From Candidatus Nitrosopumilus koreensis AR1 (GTDB taxonomy: Archaea; Thermoproteota; Nitrososphaeria; Nitrososphaerales; Nitrosopumilaceae), in assembly GCF_000299365.1 (NCBI RefSeq), contig NC_018655.1, positions 270,001 through 302,000 on the forward strand: a stretch of 32,000 nucleotides of DNA. The letters are read 5' to 3'. Shown in pieces: positions 19,080 to 26,718 of this stretch (position 1 is the stretch's first letter; every line of letters starts with the position of its first letter). Made by a program: the position numbers and the translations under genes. The notes under the pieces were generated by a model. That model saw only the letters and a list, made by a program, of their open reading frames with translations, ran no database searches and had not been told where the DNA came from.

Positions 19080-19373
19080 TAATCTGTGAATCTCTGTGGT
19101 GTAATAAATAGACTGTCTGAATTTGTCCTAGATTGCCACTAGTAGAAATTATTCGTACCGGTTAAATATCAAATTCACTTAACAGGTTTAAGAAAAGACA
19201 AGTCTGTCGTCTGAATCAAACGTTTCAGGCCTTAAGATGAAATCACTGTCATCAGAGGACTCGCGTTTCTGATCTTAAGTGATTAGAGATGTCATCAAGA
19301 CACATTTGGTCTTGATCTTAATCTCGATTGTCTTTTCGTTTAATTTATTTTGGATTGATCTTGGGGTTACTCC

Positions 19374-19976
19374 ATGGATGTCTTTGAAGCAATATCTACT
19401 CGACGTGCAATCAAAAAATTTGATCCAAACTACAAGATGAGTTCTGAAGATGTCACAAGACTCATGGAACATGTGATATTGTCTCCGACAAGCTACAACC
19501 AGCAAAACTGGAGATTTGTCTATGTCACTGATCAAGATGTAAAGGAGAAGATTTCAGTTGCCTCTCGTGGACAAGCTCAGCCAAAAGACGGCTCGCTTGT
19601 GATTGTCTTGTGTGGTGATATGACTGCATGGAAGACTGAGCCATTGCGTTACTGGAAGAATCATCCAACAGAAAAACAAGAATATGTAAAAGCTGCACTT
19701 GAGAGAAAGTACTCATCTGATCCTCATGCAGAACGTGATGAGGCAATTCGTTCTTGTGGCATGGCAGCTCAAACTATAATGCTTGCTGCAAGAGACATGG
19801 GACTCGACTCTTGTCCAATGGTGGGATTTGAGTATGATGAGCTAGCTCAAATCATCAAGCTACCGGAGAACCATCTGATCGTAATGATGGTAGTAGTTGG
19901 TAAACGTGCAGAAGATGCAGCAGAGCGTGGCGGTCAATTGCCTTTGGATGAAGTTGCATTTGAGAACTCTTTTTAG
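19374..19976 (+). CDS. Nitroreductase family protein
   Basis: MDVFEAISTRRAIKKFDP...LSPTSYNQQNWRFVYVTD...AAQTIMLAARDMGLDSCPMVGFE. Confidence 0.93.
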   Translation: MDVFEAISTRRAIKKFDPNYKMSSEDVTRLMEHVILSPTSYNQQNWRFVYVTDQDVKEKISVASRGQAQPKDGSLVIVLCGDMTAWKTEPLRYWKNHPTEKQEYVKAALERKYSSDPHAERDEAIRSCGMAAQTIMLAARDMGLDSCPMVGFEYDELAQIIKLPENHLIVMMVVVGKRAEDAAERGGQLPLDEVAFENSF

Positions 19977-20031
19977 AATTATTAATTGGAATGCGTGTTA
20001 AACCTAAATTCTGTGATGACTTAGAATTCTT

Positions 20032-20139
20032 GTGAGTTACAGAACTGCAGTTTTTTCTAAAAAAGAACTTGGAATAATACTTGGAGCATCTATTGTTGTA
20101 TCTATTGCATTGTATGTGGCATATACTGTAGGGCGATGA
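20032..20139 (+). CDS. Putative 35-aa single-TM microprotein
   Basis: Not in track. GTG start: MSYRTAVFSKKELGIILGASIVVSIALYVAYTVGR*. The stop overlaps the next ATG (ATGA at 20136-20139). Confidence 0.5.
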   Translation: MSYRTAVFSKKELGIILGASIVVSIALYVAYTVGR

Positions 20140-20381
20140 GACCTATAATTCCCTTAATCATAGTATTTGTTGTTGCAATAACTGTTGGAATGCTTGGTGT
20201 GTCAAACTATGATGCATATGTTGCAGAACGTGATCAGAGAAATCTACAACTTGCAGTTGAGGATTGCAAGAATCTGTTTGTACAGGGAACAGAACAAGAA
20301 GAATGCATTACAAAATCACTTGATGCATTTGGAACAGACTATCAAAAGGCACAGTGGCAAAACAGAGACCTTTCTCCATAA
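20136..20381 (+). CDS. Small membrane-anchored protein (81 aa)
   Basis: MRPIIPLIIVFVVAITVGMLGVSNYDAYVAERDQRNLQLAVEDCKN... has an N-terminal TM helix followed by a helical/Cys tail. Confidence 0.65.
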   Translation: MRPIIPLIIVFVVAITVGMLGVSNYDAYVAERDQRNLQLAVEDCKNLFVQGTEQEECITKSLDAFGTDYQKAQWQNRDLSP

Positions 20382-20404
20382 ACTCTTAATTTGATAATTT
20401 TCAA

Positions 20405-20614
20405 ATGAATTGTAATTTGTTTTTTGAAAAAGATGTGGCAGCACTCAAGGATGCCTTGGATGAAACTGATGCCAGAATAAAAAAACTCGAAGAGCATATG
20501 GAATCTGAAAAAAAGAAACTTGGAGATACAAACTCTGAAACATTGCATAGATTGGAAAGAAACTTGGATAATTTGCGCAAAAAACGTACTCTCATCCTAT
20601 CTGAACTAGAATAA
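20405..20614 (+). CDS. Small coiled-coil protein
   Basis: Charged, heptad-like sequence: MNCNLFFEKDVAALKDALDETDARIKKLEEHMESEKKKLGDTNSETLHRLERNLDNLRKKR. Confidence 0.55.
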   Translation: MNCNLFFEKDVAALKDALDETDARIKKLEEHMESEKKKLGDTNSETLHRLERNLDNLRKKRTLILSELE

Positions 20615-20653
20615 TCCAATACGCTTAATTTGAGAAATATTTTACCATCAAGC

Positions 20654-20887
20654 ATGCCTTTGTTTTGCAAGCAATGTAATGAGAGACGTTATCCTCAGTA
20701 TAGCGAATTAGACAAGGGAACTTTGTGGCTATGCAACAAGTGTCAAAACTATACTGATAGTGAGGATGTGATAATTCGTGAGCAGACAGAGCAAGAGAGG
20801 GCAGATATCCAGGCTAAATCTGAAGAATTTGAGAGAACCTCAAACTTTCCTGCAGAAAAACTATCTAGAAGAAAGGGCGTAAATTAA
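20654..20887 (+). CDS. Small zinc-ribbon protein
   Basis: MPLFCKQCNERRYPQYSELDKGTLWLCNKCQNYTDSEDV has a CxxC...CxxC pattern. Start 20654 preferred over the track's 20630. Confidence 0.65.
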   Translation: MPLFCKQCNERRYPQYSELDKGTLWLCNKCQNYTDSEDVIIREQTEQERADIQAKSEEFERTSNFPAEKLSRRKGVN

Positions 20888-20903
20888 AAAAAAGAAAAAA
20901 AGT

Positions 20904-21218
20904 TTAGAGTTCTATGACTGAACCCGCTGAGATTGTAAATTTCTGATTCTGTTCTTCACCGTGCACGTCATACCAAGCGATGTTGAGGTTCACCTTGTTT
21001 CTGAGTGCAGATTCTACTGTAATGCAACTTGCTTGTCTTAATCTGTCTTGAATTGGTTTTTCTACATTTTCTATAATTGGTTCTATGTTTGTTTTCTCAT
21101 GTGTGATTTCTAGTAGTATGGATTTAGCATCAAGAGTGAAAATTAATTTTTGATCGCATGATCTATTTTGACAAACCTCCGATTCTACATCTGTCTTTGA
21201 ATCAAAATTGATCCCGTG
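20904..21218 (-). CDS. Protein-like open frame without ATG/GTG/TTG at its 5' end (possible gene remnant or non-canonical start)
   Basis: Hand translation: HGINFDSKTDVESEVCQNRSCDQKLIFTLDAKSILLEITHEKTNIEPIIENVEKPIQDRLRQASCITVESALRNKVNLNIAWYDVHGEEQNQKFTISAGSVIEL*. An in-frame stop lies immediately upstream. Confidence 0.45.
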   Translation of the reverse strand, partial: HGINFDSKTDVESEVCQNRSCDQKLIFTLDAKSILLEITHEKTNIEPIIENVEKPIQDRLRQASCITVESALRNKVNLNIAWYDVHGEEQNQKFTISAGSVIEL

Positions 21219-21274
21219 TTAGCTCTAAAGTTATCATATGTTCATTAATGGTATGTTCATTCCCAAACATATTC

Positions 21275-21676
21275 ATGAAATTCTGCTCAAACTGTGACAC
21301 AAAGCTTACGCAAAACTTTGAAGACGTTGGCGGCCCTGGGATTTGTCCAAAATGCAATCCTGAGATGGTTACTCCAAGACGACCAACCTATGGGATGAAC
21401 TATTCGGGAAAGACAAAACCCTGCTCCAAGGGATGCGGAGCTGAAATCTACTGGGATGAAGAGTTCAAGTCTGATAGCGGAAAGTTCATTCCAATTGATT
21501 CACGAACTGACGAGCCGCACAGATGTGATGGCCCTGCAGAATCTGAATATTTTCCAGACGAGGTAAAACAGATTGCAAAGAAAAAGAGGCTTCTCCAAAA
21601 CCTGTCATTCCCATCTCCGATGAGATTCTTTATGATGTCTCAAAAATCCCAAAATCTTTGGTCGATGATGACTTGA
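21275..21676 (+). CDS. Zinc-ribbon protein, possibly the N-terminal part of the downstream helicase gene interrupted by a frame break
   Basis: MKFCSNCDTKLTQNFEDVGGPGICPKCNPEM...CSKGCGAEIYWDEEFKSDSGKFIPIDSRTDEPHRCDGPAESEYFPDEVKQIAKKK, then a Met/Phe-rich tail that looks unlike the rest. Confidence 0.7.
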   Translation: MKFCSNCDTKLTQNFEDVGGPGICPKCNPEMVTPRRPTYGMNYSGKTKPCSKGCGAEIYWDEEFKSDSGKFIPIDSRTDEPHRCDGPAESEYFPDEVKQIAKKKRLLQNLSFPSPMRFFMMSQKSQNLWSMMT

Positions 21677-23916
21677 TTGTTCATGAACTGGTTCAGGGCC
21701 ACAAGGAAGAGTCCCTGGGGATTGTTCACTATGAGAATATGGTCTCATCTGAGCCTGAAAAGGTACCTGTTGAGAGCCTAAGTGATGTGTTGTCTGAAAA
21801 CATCCTCAAGGGAATTGGCAAGTATGGCTTTACTGGGCTGCTGCCATTCCAAGAAGAATCTGTCCGTCTGATTCTGGATGGAAAAAACTCCATCATCTCT
21901 GCTCCAACTGGTTCGGGAAAGACTGAGGCTTTTAGCATTCCAATACTAGAAAAGATCTCGCAAGAAAAAAAACCTGGGGTCTTTGCTCTTTTTGTATATC
22001 CGTTAAATGCACTAATTGATGACCAAGTATCAAAAATCTCAAAACTAATTGAAAACTGCGGACTAAAAGAAACGGTTGGTGTTTATTCAATTCATGGCGG
22101 CCAGAGCTCCGAATACAAGGACATGATAATTGCAGATGCTGCAAAAAAATCCCTAATCATTGCAACAAACTTTGATTTTATCAACTATCATTTAATCTTG
22201 CAAGACAAAAAATGGAACGAGCTATTCAAGAGCGCAAAAATAATCGTAATGGATGAGGCCCATTCCTATACTAGCTTTCATGGCTCAAACGTGTATCACG
22301 TGTTGCAAAGAATGAAGAGATACATGGGAAAAGTACAGTATGTCGGCTCTTCAGCTACGCTGGATAACTCTAGGGAATTTTTCTCAAACATGTTTGACTT
22401 GCCGCAAGAATCATTTTCTTACGTCAAAAGCAACACTGGGCGAAAAAGAAACATGCACATGTTCTTTGTCATGCCGCGCAAATTCGGACAGAGAAGTACA
22501 ATGGAGATGCTAGCATCAATATGTTACAAGAACCACTCTACGCAACTTATCTTTAGTAACTCTCACAATGACGCAGAGTTTCTTGCATCAAACGTAGAGT
22601 CTGCAAATGATGGTATTAGAATCCAGATTCACCGTGGAGGCCTTGATCAAAACAATCGAAAACTCTACGAATCTCAGATGAAGGCAGGCGAGCTTGACGC
22701 CCTGTCCTGCACACCTACACTAGAGCTTGGAATCGATATAGGACATGTTGATGTGGTTATTTCTGCATTCAAAAACGAGTACGATTCATTTGTGCAGAGA
22801 ATTGGGCGTGCAGGAAGAATGGGGCAAAAGTCGTATGCAATCTGCGTGCTTGACCCTGATGATGCTGCATGCCACTATTTTGCGCGTCACATCGACCAGT
22901 ACCTCTCACAGGACCACATCATTCCAATCAACAAGAAAAACTCCATAATTTCAGACAAGCATGCTGAATCAGCAGAGATTGAAGCAGAAGCTGCAGAAAC
23001 AACAGACAAGTCCCAGTTCTTTGACTTTGCTGGAAGCGTAAATCTTCGCGGGGCATCAGGCGAGATTGCAATATACCTCAACTCAAAGAAGATTGGAACC
23101 CGCGGTGTTCCTGTCGGGTATTATCAGTTGCATCAAAATGCAATCTACCATTTCAACAAGCAAAACTATGAGGTGATCTCCTTGCGAAAGTCACAAAACG
23201 GCGCAAGGGCATACCTGAGGAGGTCTTATGAAAACCAGAAAAGAACAATCCCAATTGTTAGGACATCAATCTTGCAGACGTCTGAGAGAAACGCTGCACA
23301 CAAGGACATCTCAGTTAAGGGCAGAAAACTATCCTTGCGCTATGGGATAATTGAGCTTAGCAGAACCATCACAGGATACCTAAAGGGAAACTATAATGAT
23401 TCTGCTGAAAACTTTCAGACCTTTAATGGAAGTAACGTTCCGTCTTGGAGGAACTTTAACTGGAAGTCAAAGCACTCGTCTGTAAGCATTGTTGTTCCTC
23501 CTGAATTTGTAACAAAGTCTTCTGATTCAAAGAGCCAGATTGCAACTGACTCTAGGATACATACAATCTGTCATGTTTTGATTAACGCTGCAAAAATTAT
23601 CACAAAGTCTGAATCAAATGACATTGATGTGTACTATGAGAACGGAGTGATCTATCTTTATGACAATTCGTCTGACGGCTTTAATGGATGCAGCAAGATA
23701 ATCTATGAAGATTTTGAGAAGGTGCTTGAGACTTGCAATTCATTGCTTTCAGATTGTGACTGTCCCGTTGATCCCACGCAGAAAAAGGCAGTAGCAGAGG
23801 GCGAAAAGTGGGGAGGGTGTCCAAAGTGCACGTTTACCAACAACTACTGCCAGACAAAAAACAAGGAACTATCAAAAAAGGATGCAATAGATTTTTTTGT
23901 ACTGTTTTGTAGGTGA
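21658..23916 (+). CDS. DEAD/DEAH-box superfamily 2 helicase, Hrq1/MrfA-like
   Basis: LLPFQEESVRLIL, SAPTGSGKTEAF (Walker A), MDEAH (Walker B), GSSATL (III), TPTLELGIDIGHVDVVI and QRIGRAGRMGQ (VI). C-terminal Cys cluster CDCPVDP...WGGCPKCTFTNNYCQTKNKELSKKDAIDFF. The frame is open upstream to about 21552, so the TTG start at 21658 is uncertain. Confidence 0.85.
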   Translation: MVDDDLIVHELVQGHKEESLGIVHYENMVSSEPEKVPVESLSDVLSENILKGIGKYGFTGLLPFQEESVRLILDGKNSIISAPTGSGKTEAFSIPILEKISQEKKPGVFALFVYPLNALIDDQVSKISKLIENCGLKETVGVYSIHGGQSSEYKDMIIADAAKKSLIIATNFDFINYHLILQDKKWNELFKSAKIIVMDEAHSYTSFHGSNVYHVLQRMKRYMGKVQYVGSSATLDNSREFFSNMFDLPQESFSYVKSNTGRKRNMHMFFVMPRKFGQRSTMEMLASICYKNHSTQLIFSNSHNDAEFLASNVESANDGIRIQIHRGGLDQNNRKLYESQMKAGELDALSCTPTLELGIDIGHVDVVISAFKNEYDSFVQRIGRAGRMGQKSYAICVLDPDDAACHYFARHIDQYLSQDHIIPINKKNSIISDKHAESAEIEAEAAETTDKSQFFDFAGSVNLRGASGEIAIYLNSKKIGTRGVPVGYYQLHQNAIYHFNKQNYEVISLRKSQNGARAYLRRSYENQKRTIPIVRTSILQTSERNAAHKDISVKGRKLSLRYGIIELSRTITGYLKGNYNDSAENFQTFNGSNVPSWRNFNWKSKHSSVSIVVPPEFVTKSSDSKSQIATDSRIHTICHVLINAAKIITKSESNDIDVYYENGVIYLYDNSSDGFNGCSKIIYEDFEKVLETCNSLLSDCDCPVDPTQKKAVAEGEKWGGCPKCTFTNNYCQTKNKELSKKDAIDFFVLFCR

Positions 23917-23922
23917 TCAGTA

Positions 23923-24102
23923 ATGGGATTCAAGGACCTGTTTGTTGGCGGTAATGAAGGAAACGTTCCAATCAAGGTAAAATGTACTGGGTGCCAGAGA
24001 ATCACAGTAGTAAAAATTCCAGCTGACAAGGACTTTGCAAAGTGGAATGAAAAGGCAAAGTGCGGTCAGTGCGGCGCTTCAAGCTGCTGGGAAAAAGTTT
24101 GA
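23923..24102 (+). CDS. Small zinc-ribbon protein (59 aa)
   Basis: Not in track. ATG frame: MGFKDLFVGGNEGNVPIKVKCTGCQRITVVKIPADKDFAKWNEKAKCGQCGASSCWEKV*. Two CxxC knuckles. Confidence 0.7.
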   Translation: MGFKDLFVGGNEGNVPIKVKCTGCQRITVVKIPADKDFAKWNEKAKCGQCGASSCWEKV

Positions 24103-24118
24103 TTTTTGTGTGGACTAG

Positions 24119-24262
24119 CTAGTCTAGAGGCAATCTTCTAAACTTTTCAGACAGCCTGTCTAACACCTTAGCATCCTGTTTGTTATCAGATGGGGCAAAT
24201 TTCTTTTTAAGACCTGAAATCGTATCTTCAAAAATTTTTCTTTTTTCTTTTTTTGTGAACAT
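24119..24262 (-). CDS. Possible 47-aa charged protein
   Basis: Not in track: MFTKKEKRKIFEDTISGLKKKFAPSDNKQDAKVLDRLSEKFRRLPLD*. Confidence 0.35.
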   Translation of the reverse strand: MFTKKEKRKIFEDTISGLKKKFAPSDNKQDAKVLDRLSEKFRRLPLD

Positions 24263-24347
24263 ACTATAGTTAGCAGTTCATCGTATTTAACAAGGACAAA
24301 CACCTCTTGCCCAACATGCTTAAGTTTGTCATTTTTTGATATAATTC

Positions 24348-24503
24348 ATGGCAAAACTATCAGACAAACAGCGCGAATCACAACAAGACAGACGACTGAA
24401 AAAACTAGAAAACCGTGCAAACAAGGACGACAAGGAGATGGCAAAACTCAAGAGAAAAATCATTGCCTTGGAAAAGCAAGTTAAGAGTCTGAAAAAGAGA
24501 TGA
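24348..24503 (+). CDS. Possible 51-aa coiled-coil protein
   Basis: Not in track: MAKLSDKQRESQQDRRLKKLENRANKDDKEMAKLKRKIIALEKQVKSLKKR*. Confidence 0.45.
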   Translation: MAKLSDKQRESQQDRRLKKLENRANKDDKEMAKLKRKIIALEKQVKSLKKR

Positions 24504-24512
24504 ATCTTGTGA

Positions 24513-24626
24513 GTGACTTTGGATAAAGAAAGACTGCGAGTAAAAAGTGGCAGAAGCAAGGGCTGCAAGGACTGCCTTTCTCACAGATGCATCCCAAACA
24601 GTTGCATGTGTGATTGCCACAGATAA
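24513..24626 (+). CDS. Possible 37-aa Cys-rich microprotein
   Basis: Not in track. GTG start: MTLDKERLRVKSGRSKGCKDCLSHRCIPNSCMCDCHR*. Confidence 0.35.
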   Translation: MTLDKERLRVKSGRSKGCKDCLSHRCIPNSCMCDCHR

Positions 24627-24665
24627 TTTCAATATCCTTAAGTTTGAAATTGTTGTGTATCATTT

Positions 24666-24806
24666 ATGGACTGTCTTAGATGTGACGGAAAGGGAAAAGT
24701 TCGCAACGAGTTTGGAATGTGGGAAAAATGCGAGTCCTGCCAGAAAAAGGAGATGACATTTGAGAAAATAAATGCTGAACCTGATTCCAGTGAGGAAGGA
24801 CTCTAA
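24666..24806 (+). CDS. Possible 46-aa zinc-knuckle protein
   Basis: Not in track: MDCLRCDGKGKVRNEFGMWEKCESCQKKEMTFEKINAEPDSSEEGL*. CxxC...CxxC with a CDGKGK element like DnaJ zinc repeats. Confidence 0.5.
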   Translation: MDCLRCDGKGKVRNEFGMWEKCESCQKKEMTFEKINAEPDSSEEGL

Positions 24807-24838
24807 ATTCTTAAATTGATAATTTGCCTGCTCTAGTT

Positions 24839-25015
24839 ATGAGCGATTTTGATTCAGACAGATATGAGACTGTAACTGTTGCATCCAAGGTTCGAGAGGG
24901 AGTATTTCATAAAGTGATTAAAGACCTGGAAACAGGAAAGGCAGTATCATGTTCTTGCAAGTGTTGGAGCAAGGGAAACAAACACTGTGCTGCAATGAGA
25001 AGTATCGGGGTTTAG
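24839..25015 (+). CDS. Small Cys-rich protein with SWIM-like segment
   Basis: MSDFDSDRYETVTVASKVREGVFHKVIKDLETGKAVSCSCKCWSKGNKHCAAMRSIGV. Start 24839 preferred over the track's 24824. Confidence 0.6.
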   Translation: MSDFDSDRYETVTVASKVREGVFHKVIKDLETGKAVSCSCKCWSKGNKHCAAMRSIGV

Positions 25016-25057
25016 ATTAAACAACGCTTAATTTTGTACGTTGCCTTTCTAGGTGTG

Positions 25058-25255
25058 ATGGATAATTTGGAGAATGCTCGACATGATCACCAGAAAAACA
25101 AGTCTGATATTGTAAATCTGGTAAAGCAGATGTTTGCACAAGACAAGTGGGGGGATGAAGAGTACAGACAAGCTCTAGAAGAACTGGTAAGAAAGGATAC
25201 TGAGCTTGTTGCAGAAGTTACCCGAATAATCAAAGAACAACACTCTAAGAATTGA
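25058..25255 (+). CDS. Small helical hypothetical protein
   Basis: MDNLENARHDHQKNKSDIVNLVKQMFAQDKWGDEEYRQALEELVRKDTELVAEVTRIIKEQHSKN. Confidence 0.55.
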   Translation: MDNLENARHDHQKNKSDIVNLVKQMFAQDKWGDEEYRQALEELVRKDTELVAEVTRIIKEQHSKN

Positions 25256-25433
25256 TGAACACCTTGGAGTTTGATACTGTCATCATTGTGACTGTGTCTA
25301 GTGGAAGGTTTTCTTTTTCTGCAGTATCTTGAAGTTCTTTGTGATGGGTATTTTCTAGATGCTCTAGGAACTCTTGCTCTGTGATGTTGTTTTGTTTGTA
25401 GTCGCATTTAGAGAATACACAGTTAAAGTTCAT
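25245..25433 (-). CDS. Small C2H2-like zinc-finger protein
   Basis: MNFNCVFSKCDYKQNNITEQEFLEHLENTHHKELQD has C..C...H..HH spacing resembling a zinc finger. Confidence 0.5.
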   Translation of the reverse strand: MNFNCVFSKCDYKQNNITEQEFLEHLENTHHKELQDTAEKENLPLDTVTMMTVSNSKVFINS

Positions 25434-25542
25434 TGATTTTAGTTATCTTGCTATCTTTTTTGTTTTTTTGAAATTACAGATTGTGATGCGTACATGTATC
25501 CATTTGGATATGACATAAATTACAAAAAATTGTACTCTCTTT

Positions 25543-25836
25543 ATGGCTGAAAAAATTACCGCAGAAGACCTGCGTTCACAAAAGGACAATTACGTCATAA
25601 TTGATGTAAGGGAATCTGATGAGCTTGAATCCGGCAAAATTGAAGACTCTGTTCACATGCCTTTGGGCCTTGCAATAAGAAATGCAAAGAAAAAGCAAAT
25701 CGAAGACCTTAGGGAAAAAAAGATCTGCACTTATTGTGGAACAGGGTATAGAGGAAACATTGCAGCTGATGAGCTTGCAAAAGAAGGATTTGATGCAGTT
25801 ACACTTGATGGCGGATACCCATCATGGAACAACTAA
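25543..25836 (+). CDS. Rhodanese-like domain protein
   Basis: Single domain: NYVIIDVRESDELESGKIEDSVHMPLG...KKICTYCGTGYRGNIAADELAKEGFDAVTLDGGYPSW, with the active-site Cys in CGTGYRG. Confidence 0.92.
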   Translation: MAEKITAEDLRSQKDNYVIIDVRESDELESGKIEDSVHMPLGLAIRNAKKKQIEDLREKKICTYCGTGYRGNIAADELAKEGFDAVTLDGGYPSWNN

Positions 25837-25893
25837 CTCTTTTTTTATTTTATTTAGGAAAACAGCCTGTTTGATTTAATCTGCATTTCAATA

Positions 25894-26559
25894 CTAGTTT
25901 GCAGCAAGCTTTTTTGCCTTTTTGAACACTGCAAGCCAATCCTTCCAGAGCAACCTTCCTGTCTGGGTATTCTGTTTTGATGGGTGGTAAGACGTGATTA
26001 CTTTGATGTAATCGTATTGGAATGTCTTGTTGTGCCCAAACTTTTCTGGTTTAACTTGAAGTAATTTACAGGTAGCATCATATGCTATCTTTCCGAGGCA
26101 AAGAATGGTTGTAACATTTTGCAGTATCTGAAATTCTTGTTCTAAGAATCCATGACAGTTTTGCATCTCTTCTTTTGTTGGCTTGTTTTGTGGCGGTGCA
26201 CATCTTACTGCAGCAGTAATGAATGCATTGGTAAGAGTTAGTCCGTCATTACTGGTCTGAGAGGTTGGAATATTTGCAAACCCTGTCTTATGCATTGCTT
26301 TTGCAAGCCAGTCCCCTGATGAATCACCTGTAAACATTCTTCCTGTTCTGTTTCCTCCATGAGCTGCAGGAGCCAAGCCTACAATTAGCAGCTTAGCTTT
26401 AACATCTCCAAATCCTGATAATGGCAATCCGTAGTAATTTTCATCTTTGAATCTTCTAACTTTGTCTTTAGCAACTTGTCTGATGTATGTAGATAGTCGT
26501 GGACATTTTTGACATGATTTGATCTTTTTGTTAAGTGATTGGATAGTTGGTTTTTTCAC
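25894..26559 (-). CDS. Uracil-DNA glycosylase, family 5 (UDGb-like)
   Basis: CQKCPRL...LLIVGLAPAAHGGNRTGRMFTGDSSGDWLAKAMHK...TNAFITAAVRCAPPQNKPT...VITSYHPS. GTG start. Confidence 0.88.
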   Translation of the reverse strand: MKKPTIQSLNKKIKSCQKCPRLSTYIRQVAKDKVRRFKDENYYGLPLSGFGDVKAKLLIVGLAPAAHGGNRTGRMFTGDSSGDWLAKAMHKTGFANIPTSQTSNDGLTLTNAFITAAVRCAPPQNKPTKEEMQNCHGFLEQEFQILQNVTTILCLGKIAYDATCKLLQVKPEKFGHNKTFQYDYIKVITSYHPSKQNTQTGRLLWKDWLAVFKKAKKLAAN

Positions 26560-26593
26560 ACTAGTTGTATGTCAAGCTAAAATTTCAATCTAT

Positions 26594-26613
26594 AACTATG
26601 CAGAACTATGCAG
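26594..26613. repeat. Perfect tandem 10-bp repeat AACTATGCAG x2 in a divergent intergenic region
   Basis: Direct reading: aactatgcagaactatgcag. Confidence 0.85.
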
Positions 26614-26718
26614 TTTTTTTAAAATTTTGCAACGTAGTATAAAAGAACTATTGAAAATATCTCGACCTAACCGCGAGAAAAAATTAGTTCTCTTTACCTT
26701 GTATGCTGTATCTCTAAT

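Noticed and set aside
19275-19535. Minus-strand 86-aa ORF over the nitroreductase start
   Set aside because: Mostly antisense to the nitroreductase and without a recognisable motif.
24329-24663. Minus-strand ORFs 24329..24568, 24405..24632 and 24481..24663, and plus ORF 24547..24756
   Set aside because: Hydrophobic/Ser/Leu-rich antisense shadows or an alternate frame. The plus-strand Cys-rich frames at 24348, 24513 and 24666 look more protein-like.
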